The position numbers and the translations under genes are program-made. Below the pieces are notes generated by a model. The model had not been told where the DNA came from and ran no database searches. It saw only the letters and a list, made by a program, of their open reading frames with translations. This document shows, piece by piece, positions 35,918-48,046 of a stretch of DNA of 50,259 bases; position 1 is the first letter of the stretch, and each line of letters opens with the position of its first letter. This DNA comes from Chiloscyllium plagiosum (Eukaryota). The DNA lies in the NCBI RefSeq assembly GCF_004010195.1, contig NC_057752.1, positions 3,958,379-4,008,637 on the forward strand. The letters are read 5' to 3'.

Positions 35918-36607
35918 TGTTACGAAGACGTGGGTGTACTGTACCTTTAAGAGAGTTAAAAGCTAGCAGAACTACCTGACACAGCACCAAGTGTTCTGAA
36001 TAAGGTAACAATGTGACACTTGGTCAAAAGCTAGATTAGCTGGTTGCCTGGAAATGACAAAACAGATTCGAATTAGGCCAATCGGTTTAAATTATATTCT
36101 GAAAAATATCAAATTACAATCAAGTTTGAATTTAGTCTATTGACAATCTTAAAAGCCAATGACACAATCCGATTTTTGGGGGGTATAAGACCGGGAAACA
36201 TTGAACAGTTGGGAGGAGAACTGCCAAGCCAATGATAACTGTAGGCTTCCCAGAGAATAGCTCTCTTAAAGCTACCTTTATTGATCAGTAACCTGTGAAG
36301 CAGAGATCCCTAAGGGGAAGAAAAGAAGAGTCGACGTCCGGCTGGTTTTTGAAAAGTTGAATTTTGGTAAATCTTAATTGAGTGGTTTTATTGGACTAGT
36401 AGAAGGGGAAGGAAAAAGATAGGTTAGAGGAAGGAGTTGTGAATAGTTTTAGTTAATTATTCTCTGTTATACTTTAAGAAATGAAGTTATTACTTTTACT
36501 TTAACTAGTTCTCGGCCTCTCGAAATTTCACAGGTTACTGCATGGGATAAATCTTTTCTGTGTTGCTGGTTTAAATTAAGCAGGAGGGTTTACCCCGTGT
36601 CGTAACA
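35918..36607 (+). mobile_element. Solo LTR (690 bp), probably Gypsy-type
   Basis: Perfect 8-bp inverted termini TGTTACGA...TCGTAACA; perfect 4-bp TSD ATAC (35914-35917, 36608-36611); internal GGGTATAAG. Confidence 0.88.
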
Positions 36608-39094
36608 ATACTTCACTGCAATAGTGTAGGAGGGTGAAATTAACAAGGTTGCCAATCCTCCCAGATTGTCTGGGAGTTTCCCAGTACCTCTTGACATGCT
36701 GCTGCTGCCAAAGACAAACAGCAACAGGGGACCCAGCTGTTATATGGAAGCGCAAATAAAATTTGCAAATTATGGGCCAGTATTTCCTAAACAAATATCC
36801 AGTGATCAAACCTCCAGGAATATGTCCAACCAGAGTTGGCAAACAATTAATTGCAAGATATTAGTGTTGCACACTGCAATTTGACCCATTTGTTTTCTAC
36901 TTCTTTATACCAAGAAATGTGAAGGTTTAGTGAAAGGTCTTTCTTCATATTAGACATTCAGGTCTTTGACATCTACAACTGAGAAGGATAACAGCAACAA
37001 AGTAATTGAAAATCTACTAGTCCAAATCACACACTATCAGTGTGGCTGTCCCACAGGGTGAGTTGCAATGCTCCTTGTTTGAATAACTTTACAGGTGGGA
37101 CAGTAGGAAGCTTGCAGCAGTCATCTAACTGTGAATAGGAGGAGTTGTCATCATGAGGACAACATATGAGAAAGGGGAGAAAATAATGCAAGATATAAAT
37201 ATTAGTTCAGTGTGAGTGAATTAGGTGTTGGGTGTGGTTTAGTAATAAATACTGTCAGTCTGGCTCAGACAGTAGTAGATTTATATCCCCTCCCAAAGAC
37301 TTAAGAACATTATCCAGACTGATTGGTCATTATCACATTGCTGTTTATGGAACATTGCTATGTGCAAATGGACTTAAAACTTTCCTACATAACAACAGTA
37401 GCTAACTACAAAAGTACATAACTGACTGAAGCCCTCTGAGATGTCATCAAAAATGCAATAAAATGCAGGTTTTAAAAAAAATAATGTTCTTTTCTCATCA
37501 GCTTCTTAGAACTCCAATCCATTGACTCCCACAAAATATTTGCATGGAGATTGGAATTCAAACGATCTCAGCGTCAGTAAATTGGATTCACAGAAATAAA
37601 ACTGAAATGTTGATTAACTTGTTATACAATCCCAAAGACAGTGATGGTTTTCCCTGTAATTAATCCCTCTTAGCGTTATCTTTTATAATGTATGTAACAA
37701 CATTAGTTTGAAACAATAGCAAGGTTAAACCTGGCCTCCATCTGCTGTCTCACCATGTGAGCAAAATGATTGTACCTCTGATGGCACTTCTGATCTGTCT
37801 ATGCTGTTTCACTCTGTGTTCATCACAATTTCTGCGTTCATTAAAATTTCTGTACTCACCTAGAGACTGGAACACTCAATTGTGGGGAGATGGTGGTGTA
37901 GTGGTAATGCTATCCTTACCCGAACTGGCCTACATGTGACTCTAAATTCAAAGCAAAGTAGTTGACTCCTAACCATTCTCTGAAATGCCAATCAGTTCAA
38001 GGGAAATTAGGGATGGGCAGCAAATACTCACCTTACCAGCAATGCCCATATCTTATCAAAAAATATCTTTAATAACCAGGTTGCAGTCTCCCTCCGCAAA
38101 GCATGTGTAAAGTCGTCAAGAGAATACAGACTGGACATGATGTACAAGAGGCTCCTCAAAACATTGCATGGCTGTAACTTTGGAAATCCTGACCAAAGTG
38201 TGGAGTGAATGATGACGTTTTGTCCGACCCAAGTTTGAAGGAGACTTCCTAGAGATGCACTTGTTCTTCAGTGGGACATTGGATTGGTGAGGGAAATGTG
38301 ATGCCAGCTTCTGCTCCAAAAGCCAGATGAAAGAAAAAGAAGAAGATCCAAGAATTTAAAAGAAAATTAATCATAGCAAAATACCCCAAGATGCTTAATA
38401 AAGGGGGAGGCGAAAGAGAATACAATTGTGGAAGAAAAAAGCAAGGGAAGGCATGGAAGGTTCACTCCCAAGGAAACCAATAGAGAGTGGAAAAGAAGGA
38501 GCTTGTTTTTTGGAAGAGGACTCCAAAATGCTGGGGAATGATGACTGAAGGAGGGAATATACAGCAGATTAGAATCAAAGAGTAGAGTTTGTTGCGTGGG
38601 ATACAGGCTTCAATGCTAAGTGATCCAGCAGGCACCTGAAACTGATAGGGACCATGCACATAATGCATTCATTGATAAATTAAATAGGTTATTCAGGAGA
38701 CATTTCTTTACTGAGAGGGTAATTAAAAAGTGGAACTTGCTGCCACAAGGAGTGCCTCAAGTGCTAGCTTAAATGCATTTAAAGGAAAACTAGATAAGTT
38801 AGCACAGGAGGTAGGAGTAGAGGAATATGTTGTTTCAATGACGTAGGCTAGGAGAAGGTTCACATGGAGCACACCAGTATGGGCCAACGAAAAAGTGGCT
38901 GCTTTGTATTGTAGGCTAGTGGGAGCTGGACAATGGATGCACAAACTGAGTTCACATTTCAGTTGACAATGGGAGCTATTACAGATGATCATTAATCCAA
39001 GTAACTATCTCATCCCAAATAAAAGCAAAATACCACTGATACTGGAAATCTGAAAGAAACTCAGAAAATGCTGGAAGAAACTCAATAGGGCTTT

Positions 39095-39505
39095 CCAACC
39101 CACTTGTCTCCACATTCAAAGGATCATCTTTCACCATTTTTGCCACTCCCAAACACATCTTCCCCTCCCCTCCCCTCCATTGTCAGTAATCTGCAGGGAT
39201 CATTCTCTTCATGACTCCCTAGTCCATAACTCCATCAATCCTAATGCTTCCTCACTCCCCATGGCATCTTCCCACACTAGTGTAACACTTGCCCATTCAC
39301 CTTCTCCTGCCTCACTGCCCAAGGCCCCAAACACATCTTCCGGGTGAAGCAGTGTTTCATTTGTACTTCTTTCAAGCTAGTCTACTGCATTCACTGCTCG
39401 CAAAACAGTCTTCTTTAACAAATGCAGACTGGGTAACTGTTTTGTGGAACACTTCCGCTCTGTCCATAGGCGTGGCCCTGACTCCCAATTATTTGCTATT
39501 TCAAT
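39095..39505 (+). mobile_element. Penelope-like GIY-YIG endonuclease region, decayed
   Basis: From 39281 translates to CNTCPF...GPKHIFRVKQCFICTSFKLVYCIHCS, then RLGNCFVEHFRSV; the YIG segment is deleted. Confidence 0.75.
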
Positions 39506-39516
39506 AAACCACCTTG

Positions 39517-41132
39517 GAGTCATACGAGTCATAGAGGTGTACAGCATGGAAACAGACCCTTTGGTCCAACCTGTCCATGCCGACCAGATATCCCAATCCA
39601 ATCTAGTCCCACCTGCCAGCACCCTCCCATATCCCTCCAAACTCTTCCTATTCATATACCCATCCAAATCCCTCTTAAATGTTGCAATTGTACCAGCCTC
39701 CACCACATCCTCTGGCAGCTCATTCCATACATGTGCCACCCTCTGCGTGAAAAAGTTTCCCCTCTCACCCTAAACCGATGCCCTCTAGTTCTGGACTCCC
39801 CGACCCCAGGGAAAAGACTTTGCCTATTTATCCTATCCATGCCCCTCATAATTTTGTAAACCTCTATAAGGTCACCCCTCAGCCTCTGACTCTCCAAGGA
39901 AAACAGCCCAGCCTGTTCAGCCTCTCCCTATAGCTCAAATCCTCCAACCCTGGCAGCATCCTTGTCAATCTTTTCAGAACCCTTTCAGGTTTCACAACAC
40001 CTTTCCGATAGGAAGGAGACCAGAATTGCACGCAAAGTTCCAACAGTGGCCTAACCAATGTCCTGTACAGCCGCAACATGACCACCCAACTCTTGTACTC
40101 AATACTCTGACCAATAAAGGAAAGCATACCAAACACCTTCATTATCCTATCCACCTGCGACTCCACTTTCAAGGAGTTAGGAACCTGCAATCCAAGATCT
40201 CTTAGTTCAGCAACACTTCCTAGGACCATACCATTAAGTGTATAAGTCCTGCTAAGATTTGCTTTCCCAAAATGCAGCACCTCGCATTTATCTGAATTAA
40301 ACTCCATCTGCCACTTCTCAGCCCATTGGCCCATCTGGTCCAGATCCTGTTGTAATCTGAGATAACCCTCTTCGCTGTCCACTACACCTCCAATTTTGGT
40401 GTCATCTGCAAAATTACTAACTATACTGCTTATGCTCGCATCCAAATCATTTATGTAAATGACAAAAAAGTAGAGGGCCCAGCACCAATCCTTGTGGCAT
40501 TCCACTGGTCACAGGCCTCCAGTCTGAAAAACAACCCTCCAACACCACCCTCTGTCTTCTACCTTTGAGCCAGNNNNNNNNNNNNNNNNNNNNNNNNNNN
40601 NNNNNNNNNNNNNNNNNNNNNNNNNNNNNNNNNNNNNNNNNNNNNNNNNNNNNNNNNNNNNNNNNNNNNNNNNNNNNNNNNNNNNNNNNNNNNNNNNNNN
40701 NNNNNNNNNNNNNNNNNNNNNNNNNNNNNNNNNNNNNNNNNNNNNNNNNNNNNNNNNNNNNNNNNNNNNNNNNNNNNNNNNNNNNNNNNNNNNNNNNNNN
40801 NNNNNNNNNNNNNNNNNNNNNNNNNNNNNNNNNNNNNNNNNNNNNNNNNNNNNNNNNNNNNNNNNNATCTTTGAGGGGCCCTATTCTCTCCCTAATTACC
40901 CTTTTGTCCTTAATATATTTATAAAAACCCTTTGGATTCTCCTAAACTCTATTTGCCAAAGCTATCTCATGTTCCCTGTTTGCCCTCCTGATTTCCCTCT
41001 TAAATATACTCCTACTTCCTTTATACTCTTCTAAGGATTAACTCGATCTATCCTGTCTATACCTGACATATGCTTCCTTCTTTTTCTTAACCAAACCCTC
41101 AATTTCTTATCCAATCCAGCATTCCCTATACC
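39517..41132 (-). mobile_element. Relatively young CR1 family-A LINE (ORF2 RT region to tail), spanning a gap
   Basis: 208-aa ORF at 39879-40505 with IYINDLD, FADDTK, LQQDLD and LYRTLVRP. Confidence 0.93.
40574..40866. other. Assembly gap (293 N) inside a CR1 element
   Basis: Counted N run; minus-strand CR1 sequence on both sides. Confidence 0.99.
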
Positions 41133-41632
41133 NNNNNNNNNNNNNNNNNNNNNNNNNNNNNNNNNNNNNNNNNNNNNNNNNNNNNNNNNNNNNNNNNNNN
41201 NNNNNNNNNNNNNNNNNNNNNNNNNNNNNNNNNNNNNNNNNNNNNNNNNNNNNNNNNNNNNNNNNNNNNNNNNNNNNNNNNNNNNNNNNNNNNNNNNNNN
41301 NNNNNNNNNNNNNNNNNNNNNNNNNNNNNNNNNNNNNNNNNNNNNNNNNNNNNNNNNNNNNNNNNNNNNNNNNNNNNNNNNNNNNNNNNNNNNNNNNNNN
41401 NNNNNNNNNNNNNNNNNNNNNNNNNNNNNNNNNNNNNNNNNNNNNNNNNNNNNNNNNNNNNNNNNNNNNNNNNNNNNNNNNNNNNNNNNNNNNNNNNNNN
41501 NNNNNNNNNNNNNNNNNNNNNNNNNNNNNNNNNNNNNNNNNNNNNNNNNNNNNNNNNNNNNNNNNNNNNNNNNNNNNNNNNNNNNNNNNNNNNNNNNNNN
41601 NNNNNNNNNNNNNNNNNNNNNNNNNNNNNNNN
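41133..41632. other. Assembly gap, exactly 500 N (fixed-size scaffolding join)
   Basis: Counted N run. Confidence 0.99.
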
Positions 41633-42388
41633 GTTTGATTTAAATAAATGTGAGATGCTGCATTTTGGAAAGCAAATCAGGGCAGGACTTACACACTTAA
41701 TGGTAAGGTCCGAGGGAGTGTTGCTGAACAAAGAGACCTTGCAGTGCAGGTTCATAGCTCCTTGAAATTGGAGTTGCAGTTAGATAGGATAGTGAAGAAG
41801 GCATTTGGTATGTTTTCCTTTATTGGTCAGAGCATTGGGTATAGGAATTGGAAGGTCATGTTGCTGCTGTACAGAGCATTGGTTAGGCCACTTTGGAATA
41901 CTGTGTGCAATTCTGGTCTCCCTCCTATCAGAAGGATATTGTGAAACCTGAAAGGATTCAGAAAAGATTTACAAGGATGTTGCCAGGGTTGGAGGGTTTG
42001 AGCTATCGGGAGAGGCTGAAAAAGCTGGAGCTGTTTTCTCTGGAGTGTCAGAGGCTGAGGGGTGACATTATAGAGGTTTATAAAATCATGAGAGGCATGG
42101 ATAAGGTAAATAGATAAGGTCTTTTCCCTGGGGTAGGCGAAGGCATAGGTTTAGAAAGAGGGGTAACTTTTCACGCAGAGGGTGGCGAGTGTATGGAGTA
42201 AGCTGCCAGAGGAAGTGGTGAAAGCTGTTACAATTACAGCATTTAAAAGGCAACTGGATGGGTATATGTTTAGAAAGGGTTTATAGGGATATGGGCCAAG
42301 TGCTGGCAAATGGGACTAGAATAATTTAGGATATCTGGTCGGCATGGATGAGTTGGACCATGGATGAGTTTCTGTGCATTGACTCTAC
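41633..42388 (+). mobile_element. CR1 family-A 3' part
   Basis: EYCVQFWSP...RLRGDIIEVYKIMRGMD; closely related to the inverted copy at 39517-40310. Confidence 0.9.
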
Positions 42389-43203
42389 GTATTCATTGTG
42401 TTATTTTTGGCAAAGCCTTCAACTTCTGTGCTTTATTCTCCACTCCTGCCTCCACAGTACATTCAAATGTCCTCTCAGGTGGTTCAGCAGGAGCCTTCTA
42501 TCAAATATTTGCTCCTACAGCTCATCCAGCTATGTTTCAGCAGCAGTATACAAACAGCCTGTCTCACTTACTGTTTCCTTCTTGAGAAGGTTCTAATCCG
42601 CACTTGCGCTGCCTTCCTATTTGAACACTTAGTGCCGAGATTTTGAATTCTTCCCTTGGGCATTTGAGGACGCCAGTGCCCTGTACCAAATAGTCATTAA
42701 AATGTCAAGTCTATGGCCTGCTATTCTCGCTCTTCACTCTTTGCCACAGGGGGAAAAAAATGGGGAAAAGGGGAGGAAATGGATCAGTCATGGAAGTGGC
42801 ATTTATGTCTGGGTAAAAAGAGATAAATAAATGGACAATTTCTTCTTAAAATTAAGACTCAACAAGCCACCGTGCACTGAATATCAGTACCCTTGCTGGG
42901 TAAGATCTGTGTGGCACCTACACTGTTGGGTTAGATGCCAGGTAGTTTGCTGCCTCCAGTTTGCCTCTGGCTTAATGATGTCATGAGCTGACAGATAATT
43001 GATGTTCTGGCCTGATGACTGGATAAGTAGTATCAGTGGGAGAGACCTTCTCATTTCAACTCTTCTGTCAGTGAGGGACAGCTCTCCTTTTGGAATGTGA
43101 GTCAAGTCATCAAAGCATGATTTTCTCCTGTGTTTTCATTTCAGTTTGTTCATTCTGAAATTGTATTCAATCATGTTCTTTCTCCCCCTCTGTTTCTGTA
43201 CAG

Positions 43204-43257
43204 TGACCCTGTCAAGATTTACATTCAGGCACGTCCTGGCTGGTACTGGGCTTCATA
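43204..43257 (+). CDS. FAIM2: FAIM2 exon 5 (DPVKIYIQARPGWYWASY)
   Basis: Polypyrimidine tract with TACAG acceptor, GTAAGT donor; 54 nt; matches recalled human DPVKDYVQANPGWYWASY. Confidence 0.93.
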
Positions 43258-43587
43258 GTAAGTGTGAATTAATAGTGTCCCAAAAACTAGATTGTGTGTA
43301 TGTATGTCCGTCCGTGTGTGAGGTAGTCTAAATGGTCACATCCTTGTATGAGCCAAAGGGACAGGTGTTATTGCCGAACTCTGTTTAAGAGAGACCTAGA
43401 GACTTACATGGAGAAAGAAATAGATGGATAGTACTGACAGTATAAGATAGAAGGAGAACTGTGTAGAGTGTAAATATCAATGTAGACCAGTTGGGTTGAA
43501 GGGTGTGTTTTTTGGTGCTGGAAATACCACAGAAACCAGTACCAGCACTCACTGCAGTCTCTTTAATATCTCTTTTTCTATTCACAG

Positions 43588-43638
43588 TGCTGTCTTCTTT
43601 GTTACCTATATGACCCTGGCCTGCTGCCCTGGACCAAG
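43588..43638 (+). CDS. FAIM2: FAIM2 exon 6 (AVFFVTYMTLACCPGPR)
   Basis: TTCACAG acceptor, GTAATT donor; 51 nt, in phase with both neighbours. Confidence 0.93.
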
Positions 43639-45960
43639 GTAATTATATTTAGGCATAAGTGAAACTGTGCACTATTTGATGGCTTATTCTACTTATTTAG
43701 CTATTAAAATTGGTAAAGCAGTGATGGGTGGCTTTATGGTGTAGTAGGTATAGCCCCACTCCAACCGAACTACACATTACAGGTTCTATCTCACTTCAGG
43801 ACTAGATAATTTAGGAAGACACATTCAGAATGTGGCCAAACAGGTTAAGCATCAAACTCTGAACACTTCACCTGACGCTTCGAAAATTTGTGATTTGAAA
43901 TAAACCTGTTGGACTGTAACCTGGTGTCATCTGAATTCTGCCCAAACTCTAAACTGTTTGACACACTCCAATGGCAGGAGGTGAGAATGGAAAAGATTCT
44001 GGGTCAGCATGTGACAGAGAGAAGGTTGGAGCCTCTCTCATCACTATCCATAGCTCCAGGCTACAGCATGCATGGAAAAACTGTTTGTTGCCACAGCAGC
44101 GTGGACTCTGGGGCTGGCTGATCAGTGTGGATCACATTGGTGCCTACAGCACAAGGTTCAGTCCCCATTCTGTCTGTGGTGGATTCGGAACCTACCTCCT
44201 CACCCTGCCCACAGTGAATATTGCAGTGTCAGTTGGGCCTGAAGCATGTCGTGGTCACGTCCACTTGTACCATCTGAGATGTTTGGGTAGTTTCACTGCC
44301 CAACAACCCTTCTTATCAGTATTGATCTTGATACCAAGTGGGGAAGGAAGCCCACAGTGTACTTTTATTACAGATTACATAATATTTCATTGCATTTTCT
44401 CTGCATTACATGATAGTCTCCTGTAAGTTTCAGGCTTGACTCCAGATTAAGTATACATTACTGCTAGCTACATAAAACCTAGAACTGAACTTGCAACTGG
44501 AACTGAAATCTGGTTGGCTCTTCCAGGAAGAGAACTTCATATCATGATGGGCACAGCTTATCATGGATGGTCAGTTAACCCTTTCAATTGCAAACTGCCT
44601 TATACAGCAGGACCTGCCTTTGGGCAGAGAATCCAAGAATGATACTCCTGAATAATATAAGTATATTATATATAATATATGAATCGTATAATAATTGTAA
44701 CACAAGTTTAGTTCTTTCCTACATGGAAGACATTTTGTATCACCACATGGCTTTGTGGAAGTTTTACATTGGAAGTGATGGACTATCCCAAACTTGAATG
44801 AACCTTGATTTGAATTACTACTCCAGGTATTTGTAAGCATCATGAAGCTTGGGAGAAGTTTGCCTGTGTAGCAGACTTCGGAGTTGAGAGCCGATTCCTA
44901 AATAGAGAGTTCTTCATTAATTCCGCCCACCTCCAGGACATGTTATTTGATCCACTTGAGTCAAGAGATTGCTGTCCATTGAGAGTGGAGGATTGGTGAA
45001 CTTGTTCCTTTTTTGTGGGACAGGTTTAGTGTGCAGACGTTTAGTGTGGAAATTAGTAAAGCTACATGGAGCAAAGAAACATCCCCAATTTTCTGATATT
45101 CCTTTGGCTCAGGTATTCCAACGTGCCTGGGACCTAATTTAGGAAAATTGCCCATGCTACCTCTTGCCTCAGTAGTTAGTTATTTTCCATGAAAGGAAGA
45201 TTTGCGTTAATAAAGAACCTATCAGAACCTCAGGGGGTCAGTTTACAAGCAACAAAGTTTTTTGAAGTGTCACCATTGTTGTATTATAGGAAACACAGAA
45301 GCTAATTTTGTGCACAGGGAACTCCCACAAATAGCAAATTGATTACAAGCAGATAATCTGTTTTCAGTTGGTGGTTAAGGGATAAATATTGGGTCAGGTC
45401 ACTAAACCAATGGAGGGTCTGTATTTTAACTCCATCTACCCACCTTGGTTCCATATATCCCTTGAGACTTGATGAACAAAAGTCAATTGATCTCGGTTTT
45501 CAAAGCTTTGACCCTTGGCCTCGATAGCTTTGCAGGGAGAGGGTTCCAGATACTCAGACTTGAGCTGAGAGCCTATTGCTCAGAAGCAGGAACACTAAGC
45601 ACTATGTCACGAGATCAACCTTTTTTTTTATATTCTCAAAACAACCTGATCAGGAATGCTGTTACTCTGCTCTGGGGCAGGTAGGATTTGAACCTGGACC
45701 ACCTAGCCCAGAGGTAGGAACACTACCACTGTGCCACAAGTGTGTTCTTCAGTACGCTAGTAAAATATCCTGGTCCCTGCGCAGTAATTCTAACAAGCCA
45801 AACTTCTATTGTTCTTAAAGGGGATTGTCCCAGGATCATGAACTTAAGAGGCCCCTGTTACCCACCCACACCAGCACCCTGAGCCCATTATGTTTTATGT
45901 TATGCACACTGAGTGGAAGATTTGTTGCTTTACAAATTTGCAGACCAGTGGAATAAAGTT

Positions 45961-46213
45961 AGGAGAAAGTGAGGGTGGCAGATGCTGGAGATCAGAGTCA
46001 AAAAGTGTGGTGCCGGAAAAGCACAGCTGGTCAGGCAGCATCCATGGAGCAGGAGAGTCAATGTTTTGAGCATAAGCTCTTCATAAGGAAACCTAGATAT
46101 AAAAAAAGAGCGTTAAACACACCTAGATGCAGAGCTTATGCTCAAAATGTTGACTCTCCTGCTGCTCAGATGCTGCCTGACCGGCTGTGCTTTTCTGGTA
46201 CCACACTTTTTGA
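45961..46213 (-). mobile_element. Penelope-like fold-back insertion (family 2) with a 15-bp TSD
   Basis: CAGT(G/A)GAATAAAGTT at 45946-45960 and 46214-46228; inverted arms at about 45998-46080 and 46131-46214. Confidence 0.85.
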
Positions 46214-46318
46214 CAGTAGAATAAAGTTTGCCAACTTATAGCGGACCTTTATGAATTCCCAGGAAACAACTGACAAACCATAATGGTTAACCTTAACTTA
46301 TGCTATTGTGTGTTGCAG

Positions 46319-46358
46319 GAGGTATTTTCCATGGAATCTGATCCTGCTCGGCATTTTT
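46319..46358 (+). CDS. FAIM2: FAIM2 exon 7 (RYFPWNLILLGIF)
   Basis: TTGCAG acceptor, GTAAGT donor; 40 nt, phase 2 to 0; FPWN motif of Lifeguard/BI-1 proteins. Confidence 0.93.
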
Positions 46359-47117
46359 GTAAGTAGGAGAAGGAGAGAAGAAACCTTGTTTGTGTGTTTT
46401 CCTTCCTTTACAGTTAATCACATCTGTATTACTAATAACTTGTTTTGTATTATTAAATGTATCAATAGTCCACAAGAAAGCATATAATATGGAAGAAGTA
46501 TTGAAACCACTTGCATTGGAGACCTACATTTGTCAAAGGTGCTGATCAAATGGGTAACTATTACCCCTTCGTTGACCTTTGCTTGAGCCTCACTCTTCAA
46601 ATTCTTCCATTCCAATGGGTTTGTAGGCCACCATCCCAAGGTGCTGTTGAGAGAGGGGCTCTAGGCTGCCTCTTTAAATCAATTCTTAATTATTCTGCTG
46701 CTGTGGTTTGATGCAACTGAGTGGCTTGCTTGGCCACTTTAAAGTGGGTGCACGATTATAGTTACATACTGGTCAGACCTTTCAAAGGCACCAGGTGTCT
46801 CTCTTAAAAACATGTCAACAATGCAGTATATTCACCAGCATTATTAAAGAGACAAACATGATACTGTAGATTGATTTAATTTCCCCCCGTTGGGCGGAGA
46901 TTTGAACCCACACCCCCACAGCAATCATTCAGGTTTAGATTACTTGGTCTACTAACATTACCACTAAGCTACGGTTGCCACAGTCTTTGCTGTTTTGTGT
47001 CAATATTTTAGGACTAACTTATGTGGTGACATGACTGATCAAAGCAGACCTCTTTGGGAATGTTCATGTGGTGCCTGTATAGCATTAACCAACAATGTTT
47101 CTAATCACTCTCTGCAG

Positions 47118-47155
47118 ACTCTGGCCATGTCTTACATGACAGGAATGATGTCAAG
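47118..47155 (+). CDS. FAIM2: FAIM2 exon 8 (TLAMSYMTGMMSS)
   Basis: CTGCAG acceptor, GTATT donor; 38 nt, phase 0 to 2. Confidence 0.9.
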
Positions 47156-47765
47156 GTATTACAATAATTAGCCATGCCACACATTCCACTCTCTGTGGCT
47201 TGTCATTAACTGCTTTCCTTTGTTTGTGTTTAACCTTTCCAAAGACTGGCAGTTTTGCATGCATGCTTGGATTTCTTTCAAGGTATTGTTTTTTTAAAAT
47301 GATTTGTGCTTTGAAGTGAATGCTCATTGATCAGGATATCTTTTGCTCTATTTTACTTTCCATCCTGCCTTGGCTTAACTCACTGTGAAATCTAAAATTA
47401 ATAGCAGTCAGCGTTGTGAATTCTGGTGCCTTTTCCATTTCAGTAAAGAGCAGGCAGTTCTCAGAAATTTGGATAGAAGCTAGCTGAACAATTCATAGCA
47501 GAATTAAGCGTTCTTTCTTAAAGGGACCATACACCATTGCAAGTTTTCAAAATCAGATAATGCTTTTGATAATACAGCGAATATTCACTTGATTCTATGC
47601 AGGAGGAGGTAGTCCTAAAAGCACAAAGCACACAGTTCTGATCAAGCATTTTTGAATACGCCTCATAGTGAGAATAAATAGAGGTGATCTGCTATTCCCA
47701 CTAATCTTTGAATTGAGAATTAGAGGGGATTGATATAAAATCAACAGCAAATGATTAGGAGACTT

Positions 47766-48046
47766 TAGATTAGATTAGATTCTCTACAATATGGAAACAG
47801 GCCCTTTGGCCCAACAAGTCCGCACTGACCCTCTGAAGAGTAACCCACCCAGACCCATTTCCCGACCCCATATTTACCTCTGACTAATGTGCCTAATACT
47901 ATGGGGCAATTTAACATGACCAATTCACCTGACCTGTGCATCTTAGGATTGTGGGAGGAAACCAAAGCACCTGGAGGAAACCCACTCAGACATGGGGAGA
48001 ATGTGCAAACTCCACACACACACACACCACGGAGCCACCGTGCCAC
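47766..48046 (-). mobile_element. HE1-type SINE with an internal deletion
   Basis: (TTAGA)n tail, central domain, and head GGCACGGTGGCTC. Confidence 0.85.

Noticed and set aside
39879..40505. 208-aa RT ORF as a host or domesticated gene
   Set aside because: An ordinary CR1 ORF2 fragment with frameshifts on both sides and many near-identical copies in the window.
39517..42388. Inverted CR1 pair as the cause of a real inversion
   Set aside because: Both copies flank the same breakpoint and there is no matching CR1 at the 14633-15132 join. The fixed 500-N gaps and round block length favour a scaffolding error.
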